From the IMG/VR virus record IMGVR_UViG_3300037483_000316, positions 1-42,912 of that record: a stretch of 42,912 bases of DNA; one strand, written 5' to 3'. This DNA comes from a virus (Duplodnaviria; Caudoviricetes). The translations under genes were made by a program, and so were the position numbers. The notes under the pieces were generated by a model. The model saw only the letters and a program-made list of their open reading frames with translations, ran no database searches and had not been told where the DNA came from. This document shows, one piece after another, positions 33,915 to 42,912 of this stretch; the stretch's first letter is position 1; every line of letters begins with the position of its first letter.

Positions 33915-36610
33915 TGACCACGTATTATCCAGAAGATGTAGAAATCGAAGCCTATCTGAGCGCAGTATGGACTGATATTTCCGCTTACGTCATTGGCGAT
34001 ATTGTCTGCGAAGGCTATGGCATTCTCACGGATTCTGACATCGATAGGACAGCAGGTGTAGGCTCCCTGAGTTTGACGCTCAAAAATACCGCTTTCACGT
34101 TCAACCCGGAAGGCAGCGGGACGCCTTTGGCGGGCTTCTCCAGGGGCACGTTTGTCAGGGTACGTGTCACCTATGACGGCACGCCAAAGACTGTATTCTA
34201 TGGTCGCGTTGACCGCTTCCAGCAGTCTGAGTTGCCACATGGCCCGCGCTCGATCGAGGTCACAATTGTGGACTTTATGGATGATGCGGGATTGTTCCCG
34301 CTCAAAGACATCACAGTCGGGGCAAGCCAACGTATCGAACAGGCGGTAGCGTCTATCCTGGCGATCATGCCTATCCAGCCGACCGGCACAGATTACAGTG
34401 TGGGTGCTTATACGTTCGAGCGTGTGTTCGATAACATCGCGCTCAATACCCGCGCGATAAGCGAATTCGATAAGCTGGCGTTATCTGAAATGTCTTATAT
34501 CTATGTTCGAGGAGATGGTACGCTGGTTGTGGAAAGCCGGAACGACCGGACAGGATTATCGGAGTTGTCAGTTATCCCCGAACTTGCATCTGCCAGCCGT
34601 TTTATTGTCACGGAAGATGACAGGTTTATCATTGCAGAAGATGGGCGTTTTCTGGTAGCAGAAGATTCTCAATCGCCTGAGTTTACCGCGATCCTGTCTG
34701 CCAATCCGTTCTATGGCGATGAGCTTCTCAATACGATCGTAGTGCGCGCGTTCACCAAAACTTTAGATGATACATTGGTGGATTTGATCGAAGTATCCAC
34801 CGCTAACGGCTGGTATAAGTATATCCCCGTTGGCGTTACGAAAACATGGGAGATCAAATACACCGACCCGACCAACCGCAAGCAAAAGATCAACGGCTAC
34901 AACATGGTTACTCCGGTAGCGACTACGGATTATCAAGCCTTCGCCAATTCGGACGGGACGGGCACGGATCATACTGGCAATATTACTTTGACGGTTGAAT
35001 ACTTTTCGAATTCCGCGCGTTATGCGGTTTACACCGAAACAGCAGCTTGTTATGTGACATTTTTGCAGGCGCGCGGGAATGGTATCTATACTTATGTGCC
35101 GGATGAAAACATTGTCGAGGATAGCGTATCTATCGCGCAGTACGGGACACGCGAAATGGTGTTAGACCAGAAATACCAGTTGAGTTTGATACCGGGGACC
35201 GCCGAAGCGGAAAGTATTGTGGACCTTCTCAAAAACCCAAGCCCGAAATTGAAAGCGGTGCATTTCAACGCGAATGTGTCTACCCAGCACATGCTGGCGT
35301 TTTTGTATTACCGCGTGGGGGATCTCGTGCACATTTCCAATACAGAGACGGGCGTAGACCTGTACCACCGGATCCAGAATATCCGTTGGCGCATTACTCC
35401 CGGCGGTGTGATCGATTTTTGGTGGGGCTTGAAAGAACATTACTCGTTCAAAAAGGGGCTGTCGGCGATTGCTGTGAAATATAGCAAGGTGGCGGCAGGT
35501 GATGAACAGAATGATTTATATTTTAGTCCCAGTCCATTTGTGGATGACCTTGCCCCTATGACGGTATCATATTGGGTGTATATGATTTCGATTTTGCACG
35601 AATCTGCAATATCCAAAACGTTGCGCGATGTATCAGATGAAGCTATTGCCGGTTTCTATGTCTACACGGAAGGCGGCGGGGATGTACATTTATTCGCCGC
35701 GTTCAGTGGGGCGGAAGCACATTGGGAAACTACCGATACCCCGCTTGTGGGCCTTACCGATCAATGGATACACATTGCTGTTTCATACGATCATTCGAGC
35801 GCCGCCAACAATCCATTGATTTTCGTCAACGGTGTTTCGCACGCTGTAACCGAGACAGTATCTCCCAGCGGCGCATACGTCAGCGATGAGGGTATAGCCC
35901 TTCACGTGGGACAAGTTCCATCGATCACACAATATCCAACCCGCCTTAATGGATATTATAAAGACGCTCGTTTATACTCGAAACTCATTACCGAAGCAGA
36001 ATCTTTGTTGCTATACCAGAATGAAAACGACTACGACTATTTCACAACTGGCCTGGTATTTCAAGGTTTCGCGGTCAAGACCAGCAAGATCGATGATTAC
36101 ATCGGCGAAACACTCGAAGCAAACATGAAAGTGCGTGACAATATCTACGGGCTGGTTGGCACTCCGCACTATAACTCCGCCGTTACTGGCGCTGAGATGG
36201 AGGGGGCGAGTATCTATTATCCGTATTATCCGTTTGACCTAACTGGATTTGCTCCCAATCAATATAACAATATTTATTTCAACGGCCTATGGAATCATGG
36301 TGCATTGCAAACGTATCCTGTCGGGGTTACACAAAACCAGACCGAAACAACTGGTGACGCAGGCGGCGTTCTTTATATTTATTTCCCCGGCACATCCTGT
36401 GAGATTGGGTATATTGGTTGGGATGAAGTTGGGATATTGCATATTGTTATAGATGGCGGGGCGCGCATAGATGTTGATACCAATACCGGCTCTAGCACAA
36501 AAACCGCCGAAACCTGGAATAGCGGAGCATTGGGGGCAGGTCCACACACTATAAAAATATGGAGTACCGGCGGGTATATCCTGTTTGATTATTTCAAGTG
36601 TATTGCATAG
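33914..36610 (+). CDS. Large tail tip/hub protein with LamG-like and C-terminal carbohydrate-binding-like domains
   Basis: WTDIS..LSLTLKN..FYGRV; MTVSYWVY, QWIHIAVSYD, IFVNG, DARLYS (LamG); GPHTIKI..FDYF. Confidence 0.8.
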   Translation: MTTYYPEDVEIEAYLSAVWTDISAYVIGDIVCEGYGILTDSDIDRTAGVGSLSLTLKNTAFTFNPEGSGTPLAGFSRGTFVRVRVTYDGTPKTVFYGRVDRFQQSELPHGPRSIEVTIVDFMDDAGLFPLKDITVGASQRIEQAVASILAIMPIQPTGTDYSVGAYTFERVFDNIALNTRAISEFDKLALSEMSYIYVRGDGTLVVESRNDRTGLSELSVIPELASASRFIVTEDDRFIIAEDGRFLVAEDSQSPEFTAILSANPFYGDELLNTIVVRAFTKTLDDTLVDLIEVSTANGWYKYIPVGVTKTWEIKYTDPTNRKQKINGYNMVTPVATTDYQAFANSDGTGTDHTGNITLTVEYFSNSARYAVYTETAACYVTFLQARGNGIYTYVPDENIVEDSVSIAQYGTREMVLDQKYQLSLIPGTAEAESIVDLLKNPSPKLKAVHFNANVSTQHMLAFLYYRVGDLVHISNTETGVDLYHRIQNIRWRITPGGVIDFWWGLKEHYSFKKGLSAIAVKYSKVAAGDEQNDLYFSPSPFVDDLAPMTVSYWVYMISILHESAISKTLRDVSDEAIAGFYVYTEGGGDVHLFAAFSGAEAHWETTDTPLVGLTDQWIHIAVSYDHSSAANNPLIFVNGVSHAVTETVSPSGAYVSDEGIALHVGQVPSITQYPTRLNGYYKDARLYSKLITEAESLLLYQNENDYDYFTTGLVFQGFAVKTSKIDDYIGETLEANMKVRDNIYGLVGTPHYNSAVTGAEMEGASIYYPYYPFDLTGFAPNQYNNIYFNGLWNHGALQTYPVGVTQNQTETTGDAGGVLYIYFPGTSCEIGYIGWDEVGILHIVIDGGARIDVDTNTGSSTKTAETWNSGALGAGPHTIKIWSTGGYILFDYFKCIA

Positions 36611-36617
36611 GTGACTC

Positions 36618-37496
36618 ATGACAAACGTAAAGATTACCGAACTATTCGTAGAAAACCCGCAGACTACGCTTGCGGCAACTGACCAGATATTGTTGTCTGT
36701 GGATGTGGGCGCTACGCCCGATAGTGGTGCGATCCAGAAATCGGATTTATTCACACAGATCGAAGATGAAACGCTTTTTGCCTATAGTGCAACAACCGTT
36801 ACCACAGGCAATGTTACGGCGGCGGAATACACTCATTATGATCTAACCATCGCGGGATTGACCGCTAACCGTGATTTCAACCTGCCTACCCCCAGCGCCG
36901 CCGGTAAACGTGTATCGTTGCGAGTATTGGACGGTGATGCTACCTATGCCCTGCTCATCAAGGCGAATGCAGTAGAAATAACACGGGTATTCATTATTGG
37001 TGAAACTCTGGAATTCATGAGCTATGGCACGGGCGCGGGCGATTGGGCTATCAGCAAGGACGGGCGCAAACGCTGCCTGGGCGGGGGAAGTCGGGAAGCT
37101 ACGCAGGCCATTGATACAGGAACCTTCACAAAGATTGCCATTGACAATGAATTGGCAGACGTCGGCGGGATTGTGGACATTGCGACCAATGACCGCATCG
37201 ATATTCGCAGGGCAGGCGTGTACAATGTAGTAGGATTTACAGCTATCGCGGGACTGGATGACCAGGAATATGTTGACGCGCTGGTATACGTAAATGGCGC
37301 TGCAACATTGGCTGCGACAAACTTTGTAAGTTACGCTGGCGCTAACGTCACGCACAAAGTAACAACTGGGCCAAAGTTGCTTACACTGGCTGTAGGCAAT
37401 TATTTGGAGTTGTATGTCCGCCACAACGAAGGCGCTACACAAAATACCGGCACGGGTGCAAGCGCGTGCTATATTTTGGTGGAAGAAAAGTTGTAA
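36618..37496 (+). CDS. Tail fibre / receptor-binding protein with C1q-like head
   Basis: VKITEL N-terminus; IRRAGVYNV, LAVGNYLELYVRH. Confidence 0.75.
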   Translation: MTNVKITELFVENPQTTLAATDQILLSVDVGATPDSGAIQKSDLFTQIEDETLFAYSATTVTTGNVTAAEYTHYDLTIAGLTANRDFNLPTPSAAGKRVSLRVLDGDATYALLIKANAVEITRVFIIGETLEFMSYGTGAGDWAISKDGRKRCLGGGSREATQAIDTGTFTKIAIDNELADVGGIVDIATNDRIDIRRAGVYNVVGFTAIAGLDDQEYVDALVYVNGAATLAATNFVSYAGANVTHKVTTGPKLLTLAVGNYLELYVRHNEGATQNTGTGASACYILVEEKL

Positions 37497-37573
37497 ATAA
37501 ACAGGAGTGACAGAAATAATGATTATCCTCACTCCCCCCGCCTGGGTCACGTCAGAATTATTTAAGGATTACA

Positions 37574-37972
37574 ATGGATAAAATAACATCGCCGCTCGAC
37601 TTATTCCGGCAGGAGTTAGCAAAATTGCCAACAAAAACACCAACAAAGGGAATGTGGACATCATTGAATTTTGTCCTGACTGATGATTCGAAACAGAGAA
37701 AGGAACTCCATAACGCTGTTTATGGTGATGGCAATGGGGAAAAGGGGTTGTTGCGTCGTATGCAAATAGTAGAAAATGCTGTGAAAGTAATCCAATCTGA
37801 TGTACGCGAGACGCTCAATATGGTGCGCGGGCAGGGCGGGTTTTTGCCAAAGACCACCAAAGAGAAACTATCGGGGGTCGGCGTGGATGTTCTGAAAGTT
37901 GCTGCCGCTGCGGTGCTGGTGTGGCTGCTGACGGATATTTTCCCGAGAATTTTTAGTATTCCCGCTCCATAG
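37574..37972 (+). CDS. Coiled-coil + C-terminal TM protein (holin/XhlA-like)
   Basis: YGDGNGEKGLLRRM and a terminal TM helix; after the tail genes. Confidence 0.55.
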   Translation: MDKITSPLDLFRQELAKLPTKTPTKGMWTSLNFVLTDDSKQRKELHNAVYGDGNGEKGLLRRMQIVENAVKVIQSDVRETLNMVRGQGGFLPKTTKEKLSGVGVDVLKVAAAAVLVWLLTDIFPRIFSIPAP

Positions 37973-38043
37973 AAAAATAACCCGTCTTTGTGTGTAAATA
38001 GTCGTATAATAGAGTTATGTCACACTAATATAAGGAGTGTAAT

Positions 38044-38211
38044 ATGACAGACGAAATCCAAGTTGTTTTTGAAACCCTGCTCGAATTGCTGAAAAGCGCC
38101 AAAGGGGACGAACGCACCCCCCGCGCGAGAGCCTTAGCCGTGACCGTCACGATGTTGGAAAAGGCTCTCGCGTATTATGCCTTTTATGTCCGTGATGGGA
38201 ACGCAAAATGA
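38044..38211 (+). CDS. 55-aa helical hairpin protein, Acb2/Tad1-like motif (not in ORF track)
   Basis: TATAAT at 38005 and TAAGGAG SD; RARALAVTVTMLEKALAYY. Confidence 0.6.
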   Translation: MTDEIQVVFETLLELLKSAKGDERTPRARALAVTVTMLEKALAYYAFYVRDGNAK

Positions 38212-38417
38212 AACCAATACAGTTTATGTGTCCCAGGCACGGCGAATATGTGAATCTGAGAACGGCAGAAGAATTGCTGCCAAGCAATACAGACCTGGAT
38301 TTATATTGCCCGAAGTGCCGGGTAGTTACCGCCGTTCTATCTATTCGCCCGAAACCGCTTGTTATCCATCAGGCTCCGGTAAGACCCTGGAAGCCTGAAA
38401 CAGACCAACCCGCATAA
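38208..38417 (+). CDS. Zinc-ribbon protein
   Basis: CPRH...CPKC. Confidence 0.55.
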   Translation: MKPIQFMCPRHGEYVNLRTAEELLPSNTDLDLYCPKCRVVTAVLSIRPKPLVIHQAPVRPWKPETDQPA

Positions 38418-38444
38418 GGGCGGGAAAAAAGAAAAGGAGTCTCC

Positions 38445-38645
38445 ATGATTAAGTTAGTTGTTGTTGTCGCTTTCGTTGAACTTTTGTTTGTGATCGCCCA
38501 GGCTTACCTTCCGGGTTTCCCAATCTCGAAGGAATTGATCAATACCATCGTGTTGGCGATCCTGGCTCTTCTCGGCGTGGATGTGGTCGAGTTTGCCGCA
38601 AAGAAAGCGGTCGCAAAGTTGCACGAGCGCGGTCTCTGGAAGTAA
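38445..38645 (+). CDS. Holin-like 2-TM protein
   Basis: Two TM helices with a basic C-terminus; AAGGAG SD. Confidence 0.65.
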   Translation: MIKLVVVVAFVELLFVIAQAYLPGFPISKELINTIVLAILALLGVDVVEFAAKKAVAKLHERGLWK

Positions 38646-38667
38646 TATCCCCCGCTCCCCCACGACG

Positions 38668-38701
38668 AAGCGCCACCCGTTAGAGTGGCGCTTTTGTTTT
38701 T
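38668..38701 (+). terminator. Intrinsic terminator at the convergence of the two arms
   Basis: AAGCGCCAC ccgttaga GTGGCGCTT TTGTTTTT. Confidence 0.75.
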
Positions 38702-38725
38702 GCTAATGACTATCTTTAGCGGTGA

Positions 38726-39016
38726 TTAATCTTTATCGTCAAACTCCAAAAAGTCAGCGACGGCTGCTTGTTCTATTTCTCGCATCTCATTATCAATTGT
38801 CCGCGTGCGGGCAGTGTTAGGCAGTATGATGATATGCAATTTCTTTCTAACTACATCAGGATTTACCATAGCCAAATCACATACGTCTTCAAACCAATCG
38901 CTGCGGAAGAAATTATTAACTTCATCGCGCTTTTTGGGATTATGGTGTTCTTTTATTGCCTGCATCAAAATTGCAGTGGCTAATGCTTTAGCGGGATTGT
39001 CTACATGAATTGGCAT
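38726..39016 (-). CDS. Conserved hypothetical phage protein
   Basis: LATAILMQA..FFRSDWF..LC motif; AGGAG SD. Confidence 0.7.
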   Translation of the reverse strand: MPIHVDNPAKALATAILMQAIKEHHNPKKRDEVNNFFRSDWFEDVCDLAMVNPDVVRKKLHIIILPNTARTRTIDNEMREIEQAAVADFLEFDDKD

Positions 39017-39080
39017 TTATACTCCTGGTTCACAGTGGCGCTTTTGGTTTCGGGTTAACGGCGGGCGTTGGCGGCGGCGA

Positions 39081-39299
39081 TTACTCACCGCCCAAATTGT
39101 TTTCGACTATCCAATCTAACACCTGTTCATCGACCTCCGCAGGCGTAGCCGTCCGCTGTTCGCTTTGCTGGATGGCTTCTTTGCAAGCAGGACAATCGGC
39201 GAGAAACTGTGCATTTGTCCACGAATTAATTGTTTTCCCGGATTCATCGCGGCACGAAAGGCCGCACAGTGTAGTTGTTTGATTTTTTGAATAGTGCAT
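39081..39299 (-). CDS. Hypothetical zinc-binding protein
   Basis: H..LCG..CPAC; AAGGAG SD. Confidence 0.6.
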   Translation of the reverse strand: MHYSKNQTTTLCGLSCRDESGKTINSWTNAQFLADCPACKEAIQQSEQRTATPAEVDEQVLDWIVENNLGGE

Positions 39300-39361
39300 C
39301 GTTACTCCTTTCCCCTGCCCGCTGGCCCTGAGCCAAATCCAGCGGGCAGGGTAGATGTGGG

Positions 39362-40420
39362 TTAGGCGGGGACTTCCCCGGCGATAGCCTTCTCTGCGGC
39401 GAGTTCCCTGTCTTGCGCCGTTTTCTTAGCATAGATTTTTCGCCAGGAATTATACAACTTGATCCGCTCCATCCCGGCATCGGCGGGCGCACCGGAAGGA
39501 ATGCCGAGCAAATTCATCAGGGCTTCGGCATGTACCGTATTGTCTACCACCTGTTCGTTTACCAAAAACTGCGGGGTGATACCGGGCTCGTTCGCTTCTC
39601 GTACAACGGCTTTGCTTTTCGGCTCACCCACTAACTCAGATACGGTATCCGCTGCGCTTTGGCGGATAGGCGGCTCGGCCTGTTCAGTTGCGGCAATATC
39701 GGCGTCCCAGGCGTCGGCGGGCTGGGCTTCCAGGTCCAGAACATCGGCTTCATTTTCACGGACAATAGCAGCCTGGGCAGGCGTGAGATAACCATCACGC
39801 AGGAGCAATAGGCGGAGCGGGGTTTTTTGTTCCATGACGTTGGTCTTATCGCCTTTGGGGTAACGCTTCCAACCGCCTTTCGAGCTCTCATATCCGCCTG
39901 GGTTGTGCTTCTTGGCGTGATAATGGATTTCATCGACCGTCATGTAGAATGTTTTGGCGTAACCGGAATACAACTCAAACGCAGCCAACCAACCGATTAC
40001 CTTATTGCCAGTCCTGCTGCCCACAAGTTTGTGTAGGCCACTGATGCGATCTTCCTCTACACCTTCACCTTCGTAGATTGGGCCGCAATTGATATAGCGA
40101 TATTTGTTTGTATCCATTGCCATCTGTTTCAATCCACGATAGCCGATCTGGAATTGTGCTTCAAGTTGGCCGGTCTTGCCATTTCGATATGGAACGAGAT
40201 AGGCGCGGCCCGTTTCAGCATCTACTGAAAGACCGGCGTTTGCCGCCTTCATTGCGGCAACATAGATTGACGCGGGCGTACACTCTTGTAAGCGCTCATC
40301 ATTTGCAACAGTGATAAGCACGCTGGAAACGTAGGCATTGGCGCTATGGCCTAACACATCCGTAAAGTTTGCAAGGACGTGCTCGCTCTTCATGTAGGTC
40401 ACGATCTTGTTGTCTGTCAT
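39362..40420 (-). CDS. recT: RecT-family single-strand annealing recombinase
   Basis: LQECTPASI, GRAYLVPY, AQFQIGYRGL, MEQKT. Confidence 0.92.
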   Translation of the reverse strand: MTDNKIVTYMKSEHVLANFTDVLGHSANAYVSSVLITVANDERLQECTPASIYVAAMKAANAGLSVDAETGRAYLVPYRNGKTGQLEAQFQIGYRGLKQMAMDTNKYRYINCGPIYEGEGVEEDRISGLHKLVGSRTGNKVIGWLAAFELYSGYAKTFYMTVDEIHYHAKKHNPGGYESSKGGWKRYPKGDKTNVMEQKTPLRLLLLRDGYLTPAQAAIVRENEADVLDLEAQPADAWDADIAATEQAEPPIRQSAADTVSELVGEPKSKAVVREANEPGITPQFLVNEQVVDNTVHAEALMNLLGIPSGAPADAGMERIKLYNSWRKIYAKKTAQDRELAAEKAIAGEVPA

Positions 40421-40432
40421 TCGAGTTCCTTT

Positions 40433-40972
40433 CTAAAATCCAAAAAGAGTTGATCTTGTTTCAGTAGGGCTCTCGCCTAACGGACCTGGGCGCAGTTTGT
40501 TCCAACCCTCCAGCCAATCAAGAATAACCTGGTTCTCAGCATCCTGCGCTTCCGGTTCGGGCGGGATGTACTCTACCAAGATTTCCAGGCATCCCCATAA
40601 CTGTTCCTGTTCGGCTTCGTCCGATTGCAATGCCTGCATGTAAGCGGCATCCACCTGTTCGCGCGCCCGCAGTTGTGCGGCAGTCGGGGTGCGGTCGAGC
40701 ATGCCAGTACTTACCCGGATGGCTTCGGCTTTGTCGCGTTTATTACGTTCTGCGCGAATGTTTTTCAACTCAGCCAATTTTTCGCGGATCTGACTGTAGT
40801 CAGGATTTGTAGCCATGAATGCATCATAGTCTATCGGGTCCAGATACTCCCGCAAAGACACACACAGGCAGGCGTCTAATTTCATCCCGCAAGCGTAGCA
40901 CAAATTGAGATCGGCATATACCCCGCGCGCCTGGATTTTGCTGTGATTGGTAAATGTGTTGTAGCGTTTCAT
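40433..40972 (-). CDS. Hypothetical protein
   Basis: Coupled ORF; CYAC..CLC. Confidence 0.6.
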   Translation of the reverse strand: MKRYNTFTNHSKIQARGVYADLNLCYACGMKLDACLCVSLREYLDPIDYDAFMATNPDYSQIREKLAELKNIRAERNKRDKAEAIRVSTGMLDRTPTAAQLRAREQVDAAYMQALQSDEAEQEQLWGCLEILVEYIPPEPEAQDAENQVILDWLEGWNKLRPGPLGESPTETRSTLFGF

Positions 40973-41208
40973 TTCGTCCCTGCTTTTACCGCTGCTATGG
41001 TGCGTTCTAGTTCTTCACCGGTCAAAAGATATGGGTTTACTTCTTGCGTTTCCGCTTCTGTCTCATTCACGAAGTTTTCTAACATTACAGCAGCATCTCG
41101 GAGCGCTGCACCGCGTTCTTTGTTGTACGTCTGACAGTAATGACTATCAGCGTATTCACGCCAGGCTGCAATCATCACCCGCAAAGCTTCTAAATCTTTG
41201 ATGTTCAT
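40969..41208 (-). CDS. Hypothetical protein
   Basis: AAGGAG SD; ATGA overlap. Confidence 0.6.
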   Translation of the reverse strand: MNIKDLEALRVMIAAWREYADSHYCQTYNKERGAALRDAAVMLENFVNETEAETQEVNPYLLTGEELERTIAAVKAGTK

Positions 41209-41480
41209 TTCTGCTCCTTTTGCGCCAGGATGGCGCGGGCTATTCCGGCAATTGCTACCGGGCATTCTATGGCGTGGTAGCCCTCTCCAACTTCGCAATA
41301 ACAATCACCGTTATCGGCAGCGGCGGCAATCTCTTCCAGCCCCGCGCGTAGGCGTTCGATTTCACGTGCCTTGGCTGCGATCTTGGCGGCGTGAGCATCA
41401 AGTTCCAGCATGGCCGCGTCAAGCTCCAGTACAAGTTCTGATTTTGTGAGTAGGTCGAATAATGCGTTCATGTTATCCAT
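41205..41480 (-). CDS. Coiled-coil hypothetical protein
   Basis: EIERLRAGLEEIA..CYC..H..C..IARAIL. Confidence 0.6.
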   Translation of the reverse strand: MDNMNALFDLLTKSELVLELDAAMLELDAHAAKIAAKAREIERLRAGLEEIAAAADNGDCYCEVGEGYHAIECPVAIAGIARAILAQKEQK

Positions 41481-41907
41481 AATATCCCGCTGCCATCGCG
41501 TACTTGCCGCGTTGGTTGCGATCAGGCTCGGACACTTCGCCGTTGCGCTTTGCAATCGCCAGCAGGTAATTCCAGCAGATTGCGAAATAGCGCAAGGCGT
41601 CGGGATTCTTGGAGAGCCATGCGACGCGCTGGTCATGACGCGCCTTACGCGCAGCGCAGAATTCGCCATCCCGACCCAGGCCAGCTTCGAACGACCACAT
41701 CGGGGAAAACCATTTGGATGTCATAGACTTGGCGGCTTCTTTGCCGGATTCAAGCGGGCACCCCCAGGGCTGGCCCCCGTTGCCATCACCGTAGCTGCGC
41801 AGGAAAAACGCCTTGACTAACCATTCGATGCGGGACAGTTGGCGCGCGCCCAGGCTCGCGGGGGTAAATTCGGACTTACGGGTGAATTTGACGGTTAATG
41901 TTTTCAT
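41473..41907 (-). CDS. Hypothetical protein, possibly leaderless
   Basis: ATG lies 6 nt after TGcAATAAT; no SD. Confidence 0.55.
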   Translation of the reverse strand: MKTLTVKFTRKSEFTPASLGARQLSRIEWLVKAFFLRSYGDGNGGQPWGCPLESGKEAAKSMTSKWFSPMWSFEAGLGRDGEFCAARKARHDQRVAWLSKNPDALRYFAICWNYLLAIAKRNGEVSEPDRNQRGKYAMAAGYYG

Positions 41908-41992
41908 GCTTATATTATTGCACAAAAAGCGGGGAGTAACATTGCAATTGCGTTAAAACTTCATTGCAAACAGAACAAAGTGTTCATTATCT

Positions 41993-42538
41993 TTACAACT
42001 CCCGTTCGATCACCGCCCGCAGCAGTTCCGGCGCTTCATCCGGCCAGCAATCAAGAGCATACCGTATCAGGCGGACAATCTTATTCATAATGCTATCCAG
42101 GGTGATGACAAGCCCACCGCCCGGAGCTTTGGCGTATTTCAGCAAGTCGATAAATGTGTATTCAGTCATCTGGTATTTCGGATCTATAAAATACGCTTCC
42201 AAGACCGTACATGGTATCTCAGCCAACCGCTGCCATACCTGGGCGGTGTGACGTGTGATACCTGCACCGTCAAGCGCTTCCTGATAGGGCGTAACGTGTG
42301 TATTGGAGTTACGAGTTTTTCTCCCGCCGTTTTCACGGGGAGTATCGAGCAATAACTCCCCGGCTCGCACTGCGGCGCGAATGTACACCGCTTTGGCTTG
42401 CTGGCTGGCTTGTCGATCATCCTGGGCCTGATAAAAAATGGATGCGGCTTTTGCAACGCGGGATAACTTTGCCGCCTCCCCCGGCGTCTCGATCCGCGCG
42501 ATGTGTGCGGCGGTAATGGTAGTGATGTCGGTGGTCAT
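41993..42538 (-). CDS. Hypothetical DNA-binding-like protein
   Basis: IRAAVRAGELL...AGITRHTAQVWQRLA resembles N-terminal modules of some phage methyltransferases. Confidence 0.6.
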   Translation of the reverse strand: MTTDITTITAAHIARIETPGEAAKLSRVAKAASIFYQAQDDRQASQQAKAVYIRAAVRAGELLLDTPRENGGRKTRNSNTHVTPYQEALDGAGITRHTAQVWQRLAEIPCTVLEAYFIDPKYQMTEYTFIDLLKYAKAPGGGLVITLDSIMNKIVRLIRYALDCWPDEAPELLRAVIEREL

Positions 42539-42699
42539 TTCGTCTGCCTTTCCCATGCCGCAAACTCACGACCAGATTTGCTGATTTCATCCGCACGGCG
42601 TTTCGCCCACAACAGGCTTTCCAAAATGCCAAAGCGGAAGCGGCGATAGGATCTGTATTGAGACCTGAAAAGATACAGCCAGTTTATTTTGGTGGTCAT
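42535..42699 (-). CDS. 54-aa basic protein (not in ORF track)
   Basis: ATGA overlaps at both ends. Confidence 0.5.
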   Translation of the reverse strand: MTTKINWLYLFRSQYRSYRRFRFGILESLLWAKRRADEISKSGREFAAWERQTK

Positions 42700-42912
42700 C
42701 TCAACAACTCCAATACCTGCTCTTTGGTGGTAACGACTTGCAGGTCCAGGGTATCCAGCCAGCTTCGCTCGCCCGGCGTCAAGTCCGCTTCTTTCCCGGG
42801 CTCTTTTACTTCTACAGCGAGATAACGTCCATTGTCACGCAATAATAGCCAATCACATTGCCCGGACAGGTCCGCAATTTTGAGCGCCACGATCGCGCGG
42901 CCATCCAGTCGC
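42696..42912 (-). CDS. 3' part of the VRR-NUC/PD-(D/E)XK nuclease
   Basis: CDWLL...YLAVEVKEPG..LTPGE..W; frame open to the window edge. Confidence 0.75.
   Translation of the reverse strand, partial: RLDGRAIVALKIADLSGQCDWLLLRDNGRYLAVEVKEPGKEADLTPGERSWLDTLDLQVVTTKEQVLELLR

Noticed and set aside
33914-37496. Diversity-generating retroelement target
   Set aside because: No reverse transcriptase and no template/variable repeat pair were seen
1-42912. tRNA genes or alternative genetic code
   Set aside because: No cloverleaf with T-loop consensus was noticed, and genes read intact in code 11 using all three stop codons

Overview
The window looks like an essentially complete, circularly permuted ~43 kb tailed-phage genome with a siphovirus-type tail. 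A VRR-NUC-like gene is split across the two ends. The minus-strand arm (38.7 kb, through the window ends, to 8.4 kb) carries recombination, replication and modification genes: RecT, a minimal PolX-like protein, an AEP primase-polymerase fused to a DnaB-like helicase, a replication initiator, two methyltransferases, and XRE and ASCH proteins. A symmetric bidirectional promoter at ~8.4 kb opens a plus-strand accessory region (8.4-16.5 kb) rich in small membrane proteins. It is followed by a ParB-MTase, TerS, a PBSX-type TerL, portal, minor head, scaffold, a Mu gpT-like capsid, neck genes, two tail tube paralogues, a frameshifted chaperone, a short tape measure, tail and fibre genes, and holin-like genes. 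I could not recognise an integrase, endolysin, tRNA or CRISPR array. The most unusual signals are non-coding: (1) a stand-alone promoter / GGY-NN pentamer repeat / terminator RNA unit at 16.25-16.38 kb; (2) three sequence-unrelated leaders with the same C4/CI-antisense-like topology; (3) a two-gene cassette bounded by perfect 18-bp inverted repeats; (4) a 15-18 bp repeat ending three consecutive genes. All protein calls come from motif recognition by eye; no searches were run. A Chloroflexota host is only a weak impression.
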